Source of the DNA: Alphaproteobacteria bacterium
GTDB lineage: Bacteria; Pseudomonadota; Alphaproteobacteria; UBA828
Length of the DNA: 64,000 nucleotides
Assembly (NCBI GenBank): GCA_963422645.2
Contig: CAXXVO010000020.1
Location: 12,378-76,377, forward strand
Direction of reading: 5' to 3'
A program made the translations under genes and the position numbers. Shown here in pieces: positions 25,368 through 35,980 of the stretch (the stretch's first letter is position 1; every line of letters begins with the position of its first letter). Below the pieces are notes generated by a model. It worked only from the letters and a program-made list of their open reading frames with translations. It had not been told where the DNA came from and ran no database searches.

Positions 25368-27491
25368 TCACGCGGTGCCGTCCGCGCTCGGGGCGAGGGT
25401 GATCTCAAAATTACCGTAGGTATCGACCGTGAGCGTTTGTCCCGGGTGAACCACGACCGTGGTGACCTCGGTGTCGATGACGGCCGGCCCCTCGATCCGG
25501 TTGCCCGGCACGAGCCGTGCGCCTTCGAAGATCGGGGTCTCGGCCCGGCGGCCCCACGACGCCCAATAGACCGAGCGAGAGGGACGCTTGGCCTGCGGCG
25601 CGGGCTCGGGGTCAAGCAGGTCCGCCGTCGACAACAGGGGCTTGCGCGTGATGCCCGAGGCGCGGCAACGGAAGGTGACGATTTCCAGCTGCGCGCCCGG
25701 CAGCGCGGCGCCCCGGCCATAGAGCGCCTCGTAGCGCTGGCGAAACTCCTCGTGGAGCGCGTCGATCCGGTCGGCGGCGACGGTCTCGCCATCCAACTCG
25801 ACCTCGACCTCGTTGATTTGCCCCTTGTGCCGCATATCGAGGGTGAAGCGGTAGCGGCGATCCGCCGGGGCCACGTCGTCCGCCGCGAGATCGGCGGCGC
25901 CCCGCGTCTTGAGCTCAGCGAGCATCGCGTTGATTTCTGCCGCATCGAAGGGCGAGCGCATGATGTTGACGCGCTCGTGGACGTGCAGCAGGTCCGCCGC
26001 CGCCGCGCCGAAGGCGCACCAGACAGAGGCGGTCTCGCGCTGGGGGACGATGACCGTGGAGACCCCGAGTTCCTGCGCGAACACCCCCGCGTGAGCCGGC
26101 CCCGCGCCGCCGAAGGCGAAGAGCACGAAGTCGCGCGGATCGTGGCCCTTCTGAATCGTCACCTTGCGAATCAGGTCGGCCATCTGAAATTCGGCGATGC
26201 GGGCGATGCCGCTCGCGGTCTCGTCGAGGCCCAGGCCCAGGCGCTCGCCCATGGGCGCGAGTGCGTGCGCCGCGGCATCGCGGTCCAGCGTGATAGCGCC
26301 GCCCGCGAAGTTGTCGGGGTCGAGATAGCCGAGGACCAGGTCCGCGTCCGTGACCGTCGGTACCGTGCCGCCCCGGCCGTAGCAGACCGGGCCGGGATCG
26401 GCGCCGGCGCTCTCCGGTCCTACGCGAAGGGCGCCCGTGGCTTCGTCGAAGCGCGCCATGCTGCCGCCGCCCGCACCGATCACCTGGATGTCCACCTTGG
26501 AGAGGTAGTACTCGTACTGGTGGACCAGGCTGCGGTAGGAGAACGCCGGCTCGCCGCCGTGGATGATGCCGACGTCGAAGGATGTGCCGCCCATGTCGGT
26601 GGTGATGACGTTGTCGTAGCCCATGATGCCGCCGGCGTAGCGCGAGCCGGTGACGCCGGAGACGGGGCCCGAATCGAGGGTGAGCAGGGGCGCCGCCATC
26701 GCCTTGGCGACGGGGATCGTGCCGCCCGCGCACTGGGTGATCTGCAAGGGGTGGTGATAGCCGAGATCGGTGGTGCGCCGGTCCATGCGGGCGAGATAGC
26801 CGGTGACCAGCGGGCCGATGTAGGCATTGAGCGCGACGGCGGCGGTGCGCTCGTACTCGCCCCACTTGGGCACCAGCTCCGACGAGCATGTGGCGAAGAG
26901 GTCCGGCGCGATGCGCTCAACCATCGCTTTGACCCGCTCCTCGTGCTCGGGCGCGAGGAAGGACCAGAGGAAGCAGATCGCGATCGCCTCGACGCCGTCC
27001 GCGACCAGCCGGCGGATCGCCTGCTCAGCCTCCTCCTCGTTCAGCTCGACGACGACCTTGCCGAAGCAATCCACCCGCTCCGACACGCCTTCGACGAGAT
27101 ACTTGGGGACGATGGGGTCGGGCTTGCTGCTCTCAGGGATATGAACGACGAGGCGGATGTCGCGGCCGGTGAGCCCGCGCGAGCCCCGCATGATGTGGAT
27201 GACGTCGTTGTGGCCCTTGGTGGTGATGAGGCCGACCCTGGCGCCCCGCTTCTGAATGATCGCGTTGGTTCCGACCGTGGTGCCGTGGGCCAGCACCGCA
27301 AGCTCACGGCAGAGCGCATCCAGCGGCGTGCCGAGCTTGCCGGCGACGATGTCGATGGCGGCGATCAGCCCCTCGCCGAAATCGGAGGGTGTGGAAGGCG
27401 CCTTGCCGGTGGTGACGCGGCCGGCCTCGTCCACCACCACGCAGTCGGTGAAGGTGCCGCCGATGTCGATACCGCAGAGATAGGTGCTCAT
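25368..27491 (-). CDS. hydantoinase/oxoprolinase A subunit
   Basis: GIDIGGTFTD, HGTT, DMGGTSFD, GAGGGS, FGGAG. Confidence 0.93.
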   Translation of the reverse strand: MSTYLCGIDIGGTFTDCVVVDEAGRVTTGKAPSTPSDFGEGLIAAIDIVAGKLGTPLDALCRELAVLAHGTTVGTNAIIQKRGARVGLITTKGHNDVIHIMRGSRGLTGRDIRLVVHIPESSKPDPIVPKYLVEGVSERVDCFGKVVVELNEEEAEQAIRRLVADGVEAIAICFLWSFLAPEHEERVKAMVERIAPDLFATCSSELVPKWGEYERTAAVALNAYIGPLVTGYLARMDRRTTDLGYHHPLQITQCAGGTIPVAKAMAAPLLTLDSGPVSGVTGSRYAGGIMGYDNVITTDMGGTSFDVGIIHGGEPAFSYRSLVHQYEYYLSKVDIQVIGAGGGSMARFDEATGALRVGPESAGADPGPVCYGRGGTVPTVTDADLVLGYLDPDNFAGGAITLDRDAAAHALAPMGERLGLGLDETASGIARIAEFQMADLIRKVTIQKGHDPRDFVLFAFGGAGPAHAGVFAQELGVSTVIVPQRETASVWCAFGAAAADLLHVHERVNIMRSPFDAAEINAMLAELKTRGAADLAADDVAPADRRYRFTLDMRHKGQINEVEVELDGETVAADRIDALHEEFRQRYEALYGRGAALPGAQLEIVTFRCRASGITRKPLLSTADLLDPEPAPQAKRPSRSVYWASWGRRAETPIFEGARLVPGNRIEGPAVIDTEVTTVVVHPGQTLTVDTYGNFEITLAPSADGTA

Positions 27492-27531
27492 GGAAACTCT
27501 TGGGGACGTTCCTGGGCGCGGGGTGAAGGCG

Positions 27532-27729
27532 TCAGTCGAAGAGCGCGACGGCCTTGGTCCAGCCGCCCGGCAGCTGGTCCTCGGTGAGGCCCGGAAAGAG
27601 CTCGCACATGAGCGCCGCGTTCTCCTTGCCCGTCACGTAGCGAATCGAGGGCCGCATGAAATTCGGGTCCACGACCGTCTCGTTGTCGAGGGGTTGGGAG
27701 ATATCGACGATCTTGGACGGCAGCTTCAT
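27532..27729 (-). pseudogene. cyclase (kynurenine formamidase-like) 5' fragment
   Basis: KIVDISQPL...LFPGLTEDQLPGG resembles a cyclase N-terminus; stops at 65 aa before the HxGTHxD motif. Confidence 0.6.
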
Positions 27730-27830
27730 CAAGGATTTTCCTTGGGGCTGCCCCTTGTGCCCAAGGGGCGCGCCGGAGTCGAGGGAGAGATTCTTTATCG
27801 GATTGGGTGTGGGCGCGTTAGAATGGCGCC

Positions 27831-28049
27831 ATGGCCATCGTACGCACAATCCTCTGGTCGCTGGCAAAGCGTGCCGCCACGGACCCGCGCGTGCAGAAGA
27901 AGGCGGGGCAGGCCTTGCGCACTGTCGACAAGAGCATGGACAAGGCCGCCGACAAGGTCGCGGACGTCGCCGCCGCCAAGGACCCCGTGCGCGAGGCGGG
28001 CAAGATGCTCGGCGCCTTATTCTCCGGCGAGGAGCGGCCCAAGCGCTGA
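27831..28049 (+). CDS. small hypothetical protein (72 aa)
   Basis: genome-like codon usage, helical K/D/A-rich sequence, fills an intergenic gap. Confidence 0.55.
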   Translation: MAIVRTILWSLAKRAATDPRVQKKAGQALRTVDKSMDKAADKVADVAAAKDPVREAGKMLGALFSGEERPKR

Positions 28050-28072
28050 GGGCTCGCCGTTGCCGGTCCATC

Positions 28073-28159
<87 letters not shown>

Positions 28160-28168
28160 CAGGTCAGA

Positions 28169-28255
28169 TGGTGCGGCTGAGAGGACTCGAACCTCCACGG
28201 GGTCGCCCCCACAGCGCCCTCAACGCTGCGCGTCTACCAGTTCCGCCACAGCCGC
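28169..28255 (-). tRNA. tRNA-Leu(GAG)
   Basis: 87 nt, anticodon arm CAGCG-TTGAGGG-CGCTG, CCA end. Confidence 0.96.
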
Positions 28256-28336
28256 AAGACACCCAAGTTCGAAGAGCGGGCGGGGCGGAGAAAACAGGGT
28301 AAGGCGGCGTCTTGTCAAGCCACCATCGGTAGTGGG

Positions 28337-29350
28337 CTACGCGCGGCCGCGGCGTCCGGCGCCGGCCTCGGGCTTGAAGGGGCGGGCGAGCAGGCCGCCG
28401 ACCGCGTCCTTGATCGAGGCGCCCCGATGAAGCACCGCGTGCACGGCACCCGCGATAGGCATCTCCACCCCGAGGCCGCCGGCCATGGTCATGACCGCCG
28501 GCGCACTGGTCACACCCTCGGTTACGGCTTCGCGTGCGCCGAGCACCGTGCCCGGCTCCGCGCCGGCGCCCAGAGCGCGGCCGAAACTGAAGTTGCGCGA
28601 CTCGTCGCTGGTGCAGGTCAGCACGAGGTCGCCCAGGCCCGAGAGGCCGGCGAGGGTCTCTGCACGCGCGCCCCTGGCGGCAGCAAGCCGCGTGAGCTCG
28701 GCGAAGCCGCGCGCGATGACGGCGGCGCGGGCGTTGTCGCCCAGGCCGCGGCCGATGGTGATGCCGGCAGCGATCGCGATGACATTCTTCACCGCGCCGC
28801 CGATCTGCACGCCGATCAGATCGTCCGTCAGATAAGGGCGGAAGGCCGGGCCGCCGAGCGCGTCCACCACCGCCTGGCCCAGGCGCGCGTCCTCACAGGC
28901 GAGAGAGACGGCGGCAGGGAGGCCCTGGGCCACCTCGCGCGCGAAGGTGGGGCCGGAGAGCGCGGCGAGGGGCAGCCCCGGTGCTGCGCGGCGCAGGGCG
29001 TCGCTCAGCAGCGCGCCGGTCTGCCGCTCGATCCCCTTGGCACAGACCACGCAGGGCGGCATGCGGTCGGCAGCTTGGGTCAGCTCCTCCACGATGGCGG
29101 CGAGATTCTGGGCCGGCGTCACCAGGAGCAGGAGATCGGCGTCCGCGGCTTCGCTCAGATCGTCCGTCGCCCGAATCGCCGGGTCGAGGGGGACGCCCGG
29201 CAGGAAGCGCCGGTTCTCGTGATGGTCGTTGATGGCGGTGGGGACGTCGGGCTCGCGCGCCCAGAGCGTCACCGTGCGGCCTGCGCGCGCCGCCACCGTC
29301 GCGAGCGCCGTGCCCCACGCACCGCCGCCGATCACGCCGATGCGCTTCAT
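28337..29350 (-). CDS. gpsA: NAD(P)H glycerol-3-phosphate dehydrogenase
   Basis: GGGAWGTALA, SGPTFA, GAVKNVIAIA, GDLVLTC. Confidence 0.96.
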   Translation of the reverse strand: MKRIGVIGGGAWGTALATVAARAGRTVTLWAREPDVPTAINDHHENRRFLPGVPLDPAIRATDDLSEAADADLLLLVTPAQNLAAIVEELTQAADRMPPCVVCAKGIERQTGALLSDALRRAAPGLPLAALSGPTFAREVAQGLPAAVSLACEDARLGQAVVDALGGPAFRPYLTDDLIGVQIGGAVKNVIAIAAGITIGRGLGDNARAAVIARGFAELTRLAAARGARAETLAGLSGLGDLVLTCTSDESRNFSFGRALGAGAEPGTVLGAREAVTEGVTSAPAVMTMAGGLGVEMPIAGAVHAVLHRGASIKDAVGGLLARPFKPEAGAGRRGRA

Positions 29351-29455
29351 CGTCTCGCACTCGCCAGCGAGAGTTCGGGGCCCATGGGCTCACAATGTGG
29401 GAGCGCGCCACATCGGAAGCAAGGCGCCAAGTCGATCGAACCTGCGCTCACGCAG

Positions 29456-30310
29456 CTAGGGCAGCCGGTAGAAGGAAATCGCGTTGTCGCGGAAGAGATT
29501 TCTCATCTCGCTCTCGGAGCTGCCGCTTATCGTCCATTCGACGATATCGACCCAGTCTTCGTACGCATGCGTCAGCTCGGACACCGACCAATCGCTGCCG
29601 AACATGACGCGATCGATGCCGAAGGCGCCGATGGCGTGATCGAGGTAGGGCCGCAACTGCTCCCGCGTCCAGTTGTCGTGATCCGCCTCGGTTATGACAC
29701 CCGAAATCTTGCAGCAGACATTGGGGAAGGCTGCCATGGCGCGAAGATCCTTGCGCCAGGGGTCGAATTCTCCCGCTCGAATCGGCGGCTTGCCGATATG
29801 GTCGAGTACGAAGCGGACATCGGGGCAGCGTCGCACCAGCTCGACGGCGTTGGCGAGCTGACGGTGGTTCACGCAGATGTCGAAGCTCAGGTCGTACTTG
29901 GCCAGCAGCCTGACGCCTTCGATGAAGCCCGGCTGCAGGCAAAAGTCGATGTCGGGCTCGAACTCGATCAGCCGGCGAACCGCCTTCACATGCTCCATGT
30001 CCGCAAGCTGGGCCAATGCGCCCTCGATTTGCGCGCCCTCTTCCAACGACACCGAGGCGACGATGCCCCGCAATTGCGGCGTCGACTCGAAGAGAGACGA
30101 GACCCACTCCGCCTCGGCCATCTGATGCGGCTTGTCGATCCAGACCTCCACGAACACGATTCGCTCGACGGGTAGGGTGCCGATGGCGGCCTGGAAGTCG
30201 GCCGGCAAGTGGGGGCTGTTGAGCTTCGGGACGTCCTTCATCCATGCGTAGGGGAAACGTCGCGTGTCGTAGAGATGGACGTGGGCGTCGACGATTGGAA
30301 AACTCGCCAT
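29456..30310 (-). CDS. amidohydrolase_2 (L-fuconolactonase-like)
   Basis: DAHVH, LDHIGKP, KISG, MFGSDW. Confidence 0.88.
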   Translation of the reverse strand: MASFPIVDAHVHLYDTRRFPYAWMKDVPKLNSPHLPADFQAAIGTLPVERIVFVEVWIDKPHQMAEAEWVSSLFESTPQLRGIVASVSLEEGAQIEGALAQLADMEHVKAVRRLIEFEPDIDFCLQPGFIEGVRLLAKYDLSFDICVNHRQLANAVELVRRCPDVRFVLDHIGKPPIRAGEFDPWRKDLRAMAAFPNVCCKISGVITEADHDNWTREQLRPYLDHAIGAFGIDRVMFGSDWSVSELTHAYEDWVDIVEWTISGSSESEMRNLFRDNAISFYRLP

Positions 30311-30494
30311 CCTCCCCTCCCTGTCGTTGTCCGCCTGCCCGGAGTGCGTCAGGCAGGTTCTTGCTGTTGGTTGCGGGCGGTCTCTTTCATGCCCGCGGGC
30401 AATCCGCCGATACTATGTCGAAACGATGCTCGGCGCGTCATGCCGGTGGTTGCTTGAAAACCTGTCGGACGATGCCAGGGCAGGGGAGGGCTGC

Positions 30495-31313
30495 ATGATG
30501 CACATTGTTGCGGGAATTGGGCGTCTGCTTGCCGTTGCGCTCGGTGTCGTTGCGGCGGACTCCGCTTCATGGGCCGATACGCCCTTCGAGATGGTGGAGA
30601 TCCCGGGCGGCAGCTTCGAGATGGGCGATGCCGACGGCCGGCCGGACGAAGAGCCCCGGCCCGTCACTGTCGCGCCGTTTCGTCTCATGCAGTTCGAGGT
30701 GACGAACGCCCAGTTCGCCACCTTCGTCGCCGAGACCGGGCACGTGACCGATCCGGAGCGGCGCGGCTTCGGCTATGTCTGGCCGGGGCGCTGGGTCAAG
30801 GTGCCGGGCGCAGACTGGCGGCATCGCAGCGGGCCAGCGTCGAATCCCATCGGCCTCGACGACCATCCGGTGGTGCAGGTGAGCTGGCAGGACACCCGCG
30901 CCTTCTGCCGCCACCACGGGCTTCGTCTGCCGAGCGAGGAGGAGTGGGAGTTCGCCGCGCGCGGCAGGGACGGGCGCATCTTCCCCTGGGGCGAGGGGGC
31001 GCCGGACGAGGGCGGCGCCAGGCGCGCGAACTACGGCTCCACCGAGTGCTGCGCGGCGGACATGACCGACGGCTACCACGAGACCGCGCCCGTCGGCTCC
31101 TATCCCGCCGGGGTCTCGCCCTTCGGGCTTCACGACATGGCCGGCAATGTCTGGGAGTGGACGTCGAGCCCCGACGGCGACACCGGCAAGTACGTCATTC
31201 GGGGCGGCGGTTGGGGCAACAATCCCTTCTGTCTGCGGGTGAGCTACCGCCACAAGAACCCACCCGACATCGGTCTCGACATGGTGGGTTTTCGCTGCGC
31301 CGGCGATCTCTAG
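30495..31313 (+). CDS. exported FGE-sulfatase (SUMF1-like) domain protein
   Basis: signal peptide, FEMG, EVTNAQF, RLPSEEEWEFAARG, DMAGNVWEW, GFRC. Confidence 0.9.
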   Translation: MMHIVAGIGRLLAVALGVVAADSASWADTPFEMVEIPGGSFEMGDADGRPDEEPRPVTVAPFRLMQFEVTNAQFATFVAETGHVTDPERRGFGYVWPGRWVKVPGADWRHRSGPASNPIGLDDHPVVQVSWQDTRAFCRHHGLRLPSEEEWEFAARGRDGRIFPWGEGAPDEGGARRANYGSTECCAADMTDGYHETAPVGSYPAGVSPFGLHDMAGNVWEWTSSPDGDTGKYVIRGGGWGNNPFCLRVSYRHKNPPDIGLDMVGFRCAGDL

Positions 31314-31508
31314 GCCGAGAGCGTTTCCGTTTTGCACGAAAACGCTCTCGCAATTTATCGCTCACGGCAACCGGCAATTCTATGGTTCCGCGCGCCTGTC
31401 GGCGCGACCCGGCGCCTGCGCGGGCGCGCCGCTTTCGCGGCGGGCCGCGGTCGCGACCTATCACGCGTCCGTCAATGACGGACACGCTCTCAAGGATTCA
31501 TGAGGAGC

Positions 31509-32582
31509 TTAGGCCTTTCGCCCCAATCGCCCCGGCACGCCGGCGCCCTGCGCCAGCCCGGCATCTTCGTCGAGGGGCCAGCGCGCGCGCGGCGATGCGT
31601 CGAGCGGGTCGGTGAGGCCACGCGCGAGCCGCTCGATCCCGGCCCAGGCGATCATCGCCGCATTGTCGGTGCAGAGCCTGGGCGGCGGGATGTTGAGGGC
31701 GAGGCCGCGAGCCGCCGCCAACTCTTGGATGCGGCGCCGAATCTCGCTGTTGGCCGCGACGCCGCCTGCCACCACCAACGCCGTCGGCTCCACCTTCGAC
31801 TCGCGGAGCAGCGCGATCGCGTTCGCCGTGCGGTCGGCGAGCACGTCGGTGACCGCTGTCTGGAACGACGCCGCAAGGTCGGCGCGGCCGCGCGCCGATG
31901 GCGTGCCCATCGCCTGAACGGCGTGGAGCAGTGCCGTCTTGAGTCCCGAGAACGAGAAGTCGCACCCGGGCCGGCCGAACAGGGGCCGGGGCAGGGAGAC
32001 GCGAGCCGAGTCGCCGTCCCTGGCTGCGCGCTCGATCGCGGGACCGCCCGGATAGCCAAGCTCCAGCAGCATCGCCGCCTTGTCGAAGGCCTCGCCCACC
32101 GCGTCGTCGATGGTGGTGCCGAGGCGCCGGTAGCGGTCGACCTCCTCGACCAGAAGCAGTTGGCAGTGCCCGCCCGAGACCAGCAGCAGCAGATAGGGGA
32201 ACTCGAGGTCGGGCGCGATCAGCCGGGGGCTGAGCGCGTGCCCCTCCAGATGGTTGACCGCGAGCAAGGGCTTGTCGTGGACGGCGGCGATCGCCTTGCC
32301 GGTCATGAGCCCGATCATGACCGCGCCGATCAGGCCGGGTCCGGCGGTGGCGGCCACGCCGTCGAGCTCGGCGAAACCGACCTCGGCCTCCTCCATCGCG
32401 CGGGCGATGAGGCCGTCGAGATGCTCGACGTGGCTGCGCGCGGCGATCTCCGGCACGACACCGCCGTAGGGCGCGTGGTCGGCGCATTGGGAGAGCACGA
32501 TGTCGGACAGCACCCGGCGCTCGCCGGTGACGACCGCGGCTGCCGTCTCGTCGCAGCTCGTCTCGATGCCGAGGACGATCAT
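31509..32582 (-). CDS. tsaD: t6A tRNA threonylcarbamoyltransferase
   Basis: [30 protein letters not shown]. Confidence 0.97.
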   Translation of the reverse strand: MIVLGIETSCDETAAAVVTGERRVLSDIVLSQCADHAPYGGVVPEIAARSHVEHLDGLIARAMEEAEVGFAELDGVAATAGPGLIGAVMIGLMTGKAIAAVHDKPLLAVNHLEGHALSPRLIAPDLEFPYLLLLVSGGHCQLLLVEEVDRYRRLGTTIDDAVGEAFDKAAMLLELGYPGGPAIERAARDGDSARVSLPRPLFGRPGCDFSFSGLKTALLHAVQAMGTPSARGRADLAASFQTAVTDVLADRTANAIALLRESKVEPTALVVAGGVAANSEIRRRIQELAAARGLALNIPPPRLCTDNAAMIAWAGIERLARGLTDPLDASPRARWPLDEDAGLAQGAGVPGRLGRKA

Positions 32583-32703
32583 GGGCGCGAGCCTTAGCCG
32601 ACGGAGGCCGGCGCCGCAACGATCCCGGCCCTGTGCGGCCTGAAAGCACTCGCATCGGCCGGGTCCGCTGTGTAGAAGAGGCGCGACGCTCCGATTCGGT
32701 GCC

Positions 32704-33648
32704 GTGGACGTGCGCCTGCCAATAGTCGTCGGGACGCGGGGCAGCCCGCTCGCAATCGCTCAGACCCGCCACGTCTGCGACCTGCTGGTTGCGGCTCATC
32801 CGGCGTTGGCCGAGGGCGGTGCGCTGGTCACCGAGACAATCACCACCTCGGGCGATCGCTTCACGGATCGCCCACTCGCCGAGATCGGCGGCAAGGGACT
32901 CTTCACCAAGGAGATCGAGGAGGCGCTCAAGGACGGGCGCATCGACCTCGCCGTGCACTCGATGAAGGACGTGCCGACCTGGCTGCCGGAGGGGCTGGAG
33001 ATCGCCGCGATCCCCGAGCGGGAGGACCCGCGCGACGTGCTGATCTCGCGCCATGGGACGCACCCTGCCGGCCTTGCCGACCTGCCGCAGGGTGCGCGGG
33101 TCGGGACAGGGTCGCTCCGCCGCCAGGCGCAGATTCTGGCGCGCCGCCCCGATATCGACATCGTCCCGATGCGGGGCAACGTCGGAACCCGGCTGCGCAA
33201 GGTGGCCGATGGCGCGGCCGACGCCACGCTGCTGGCCCTGGCCGGCCTCAAGCGGCTCGGCGAGGTGGTCGACGGGATGGCGGTGCTGGAGCCGGCGGAG
33301 ATGCTGCCGGCGGTGGGTCAGGGCGCGCTCGGCATCGAGTGCCGGACCGACGACGAGCGGACGCAGGAGCTGCTGCAGCCCATCGTCGATGCGGTGACGA
33401 CCGCCGCCCTCCAGTGCGAGCGGGCGCTGCTGGAGGTGCTCGACGGCTCCTGCCGCAGCCCGATTGCGGGTCTCGCCGTGGCGGATGACTCGGGCGGGCT
33501 CCGCCTCGATGCCCTGATCGCGCGGGCCGACGGCAGCGTCTGCCATCGACTCGAGCGGGCCGGGGCCATGGCGGACGCGCCCGCCCTCGGCCGCGACGCC
33601 GGCGCCGCGCTACGTGCGGCCGGCGGACCCGCTTGGTTCGAGGCATGA
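32704..33648 (+). CDS. hemC: hydroxymethylbilane synthase
   Basis: [31 protein letters not shown]. Confidence 0.97.
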   Translation: MDVRLPIVVGTRGSPLAIAQTRHVCDLLVAAHPALAEGGALVTETITTSGDRFTDRPLAEIGGKGLFTKEIEEALKDGRIDLAVHSMKDVPTWLPEGLEIAAIPEREDPRDVLISRHGTHPAGLADLPQGARVGTGSLRRQAQILARRPDIDIVPMRGNVGTRLRKVADGAADATLLALAGLKRLGEVVDGMAVLEPAEMLPAVGQGALGIECRTDDERTQELLQPIVDAVTTAALQCERALLEVLDGSCRSPIAGLAVADDSGGLRLDALIARADGSVCHRLERAGAMADAPALGRDAGAALRAAGGPAWFEA

Positions 33649-34400
33649 GCGGCGGCCGCCTGCTCTTGACCCGCCCGCGCCAGGATTCTCTCGTGCTCGC
33701 GGATGAGCTGGCGCGTCATGGCGTCGAGTCGCTAATCGAGCCGATGATGACGATCCGCATCGACGACGATGCGCGACTCGACCTTTCGGGCGCCCAGGCG
33801 ATCCTGCTCACCAGCGCGAATGGCGCGCGGGCGCTCGCGGCGGCGTCGCCCGACGAGGAGGCGCGCCTGATCCCGGTCCTGGCCGTGGGCTGCGCCACCG
33901 CGCACGCCGCACGGGACGCGGGCTTCCCTGCGGTGACGGCGGCGGACGGCGACGTGGATGCGCTCGCGGCGCTCGCCACGGCCCGGCTCGATCCCGACTC
34001 CGGCCGCCTCGTGCACGTGGCCGGCCGGGTCAGCACGGGCGATCTCGCGGCCCGGCTGCGCGCCGCCGGCTTCGAGGCGGAGCGCGCGCCTCTCTACGAC
34101 GCGGTTGCCTCGCACGCCTTGTCGGCGCCCGCCCGCCGGGCGCTGGAAACGCGAAACCTCGCCGGCGTCGCGTTATTCTCTCCCCGCACCGCGCACCTCT
34201 TTGCTAAGCTCGTGCACGAGTCGGGGCTCGACTCGACGGCGCGGACACTCACCGCGTTCTGCCTGAGCCAAGCGGTGGCCGAGGCGGCAGCAACCCTTTC
34301 CTGGCAGCGTATCTGTGTGGCCGCCGCGCCGCGACAGGACTCGCTGGTCGCCAGTGTGACGAGCGCGCTCGCACCGGGCCATTGCGGCGACAGGCGGTAG
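33645..34400 (+). CDS. hemD: uroporphyrinogen-III synthase
   Basis: LLTRP, TSANG, AVG..TA, FSPRTA; follows hemC. Confidence 0.92.
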   Translation: MSGGRLLLTRPRQDSLVLADELARHGVESLIEPMMTIRIDDDARLDLSGAQAILLTSANGARALAAASPDEEARLIPVLAVGCATAHAARDAGFPAVTAADGDVDALAALATARLDPDSGRLVHVAGRVSTGDLAARLRAAGFEAERAPLYDAVASHALSAPARRALETRNLAGVALFSPRTAHLFAKLVHESGLDSTARTLTAFCLSQAVAEAAATLSWQRICVAAAPRQDSLVASVTSALAPGHCGDRR

Positions 34401-34459
34401 AGATGGGCAAGAGACGGCCCAGGCGCCGAAGGGAGCGCAGCAAGCGCAGCGAGAGGCGA

Positions 34460-35980
34460 ATGGCAGCGGGCAACGACGATGGCCAGAAGCCGCCGGAGGG
34501 AGGCCGTCAGACGGTGATCTGGCGGCTGCCGGCGGCGGGCCCATCGGAGAGCACGGACGCTCCCGAAGTGCCCGACACCCCCGACGCCGGGGCGGACCGC
34601 CCGAAGGGTCGCCGTGGCCCTCTGCTGGCGGCCATAGGCCTTGCTGCGGCTCTCGTTTGTGTCGGCCTCTACACCGCTTGGTCGGAGTTCGGATCCGACA
34701 TCTTCGGCACGGGAGGCGATCCGGATGTCGTCGCGGCTCCGTCGGCGGCGCCCGCTGTGCAGGCGAGCGGTGAGGGTCTGGCGGGCGGGGGCACGGCGGC
34801 TTCTCCTCCTGCCGACGCAGATGGCGCTCCGCTCGCCGTCGCAGAGCAGGAGGACGAGAACGCCGAAGCTGGTCCCGTGGAGGTGGCGGTCCCGGCCGCC
34901 GCCGCTCCGCAGGACGACGAGACCGATCCACCGGAGACCGCTGCAGTCGAGCCGGCAGTGCCGGCAGTGGATCCCCCGTCGCCATCGCCGTCGCTTGCCG
35001 CCGATGACCAGCCGGCGACTGCGACAGTTGCCTCGGCGCGCGCCGAGGAGCCGGCAGTGCCCGGTGGCGCCGCTGCTGCCGAAGCAGCCGGCGATGCGCT
35101 TCCCGACACCCTTCCTGCCGCCCCGTCGCCTGCCCAAGCCGATCTCGGGGCCGACACGCCGGGCGTCGAGACACTCGGCATGCTCAGTGCCCGATTGGAG
35201 GCCCTGGAGGCGCGGTCCGATGGCGCCATCGGCGCCGGCGCCGCGGTGATCGCCCTGGAGCAGCGGATCCGCGCGCTCGAGGACGATCCGACGCGCGAGC
35301 CCCTCGGTGAGGCGCTCGCCGCGTGGGGAGAACAGCGCGCGGCGCTGGAGGCGGCGCTCGCCCAGGTGAGCGCGCGGCTCGCCCGCTTCGAGGAAGTGGC
35401 GGCGCAGCAGGCCGCCGCCGACGGGCGCCTGGTGACGCTGGTGCTTGCGACCGGCGAGCTCTCCGCCGCTCTCGGCTCTTCCCGGCCCTTTGCGTCGGCG
35501 CTCGACTCGATTCGCGGGATTGCCCCTGAAGACGCGGAGATCGAAGGCGCTCTCGCGCGGCTCGCGCCCTTCGCCGCCACCGGCGTGCCGACGCTCGACG
35601 GGCTGAGCGCACGCTTCCCCCAGGCCGCCAATGCCATCGTCCGTGGCACAGCGGCGACCGAGGAGGAGGGGTGGATCGACGAGACCGTCACCAGGCTGAG
35701 CCAGCTGGTGACGATCCGGCGGACCGGCGGCGCCATCGACCCCGCAAGCCTCGACGGCCGCCTGGTCGAGGCCGAGGCGGCGCTCAAGGCCGGCGATCTG
35801 GAGCGGGCCATCGGCATCGTCGAGCCGCTGACGGGGGATGCCGCCAAGGCCGGGAGCGCGGGGCTCTGGCTGCGCGACGCCCGCGCGCGCCACGAGGCCG
35901 ACGCGGCGCTCGCCGGCCTCGTCGCCACGGTGCACGCGCGCATCGGCGCCCGTTGGGCAACGACCGGTGGGACCCCATGA
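34460..35980 (+). CDS. COG4223/mitofilin-like membrane protein
   Basis: TM segment, acidic Pro/Ala linker, coiled coil, GVPTL and W..DARAR motifs; between hemD and hemY. Confidence 0.82.
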   Translation: MAAGNDDGQKPPEGGRQTVIWRLPAAGPSESTDAPEVPDTPDAGADRPKGRRGPLLAAIGLAAALVCVGLYTAWSEFGSDIFGTGGDPDVVAAPSAAPAVQASGEGLAGGGTAASPPADADGAPLAVAEQEDENAEAGPVEVAVPAAAAPQDDETDPPETAAVEPAVPAVDPPSPSPSLAADDQPATATVASARAEEPAVPGGAAAAEAAGDALPDTLPAAPSPAQADLGADTPGVETLGMLSARLEALEARSDGAIGAGAAVIALEQRIRALEDDPTREPLGEALAAWGEQRAALEAALAQVSARLARFEEVAAQQAAADGRLVTLVLATGELSAALGSSRPFASALDSIRGIAPEDAEIEGALARLAPFAATGVPTLDGLSARFPQAANAIVRGTAATEEEGWIDETVTRLSQLVTIRRTGGAIDPASLDGRLVEAEAALKAGDLERAIGIVEPLTGDAAKAGSAGLWLRDARARHEADAALAGLVATVHARIGARWATTGGTP

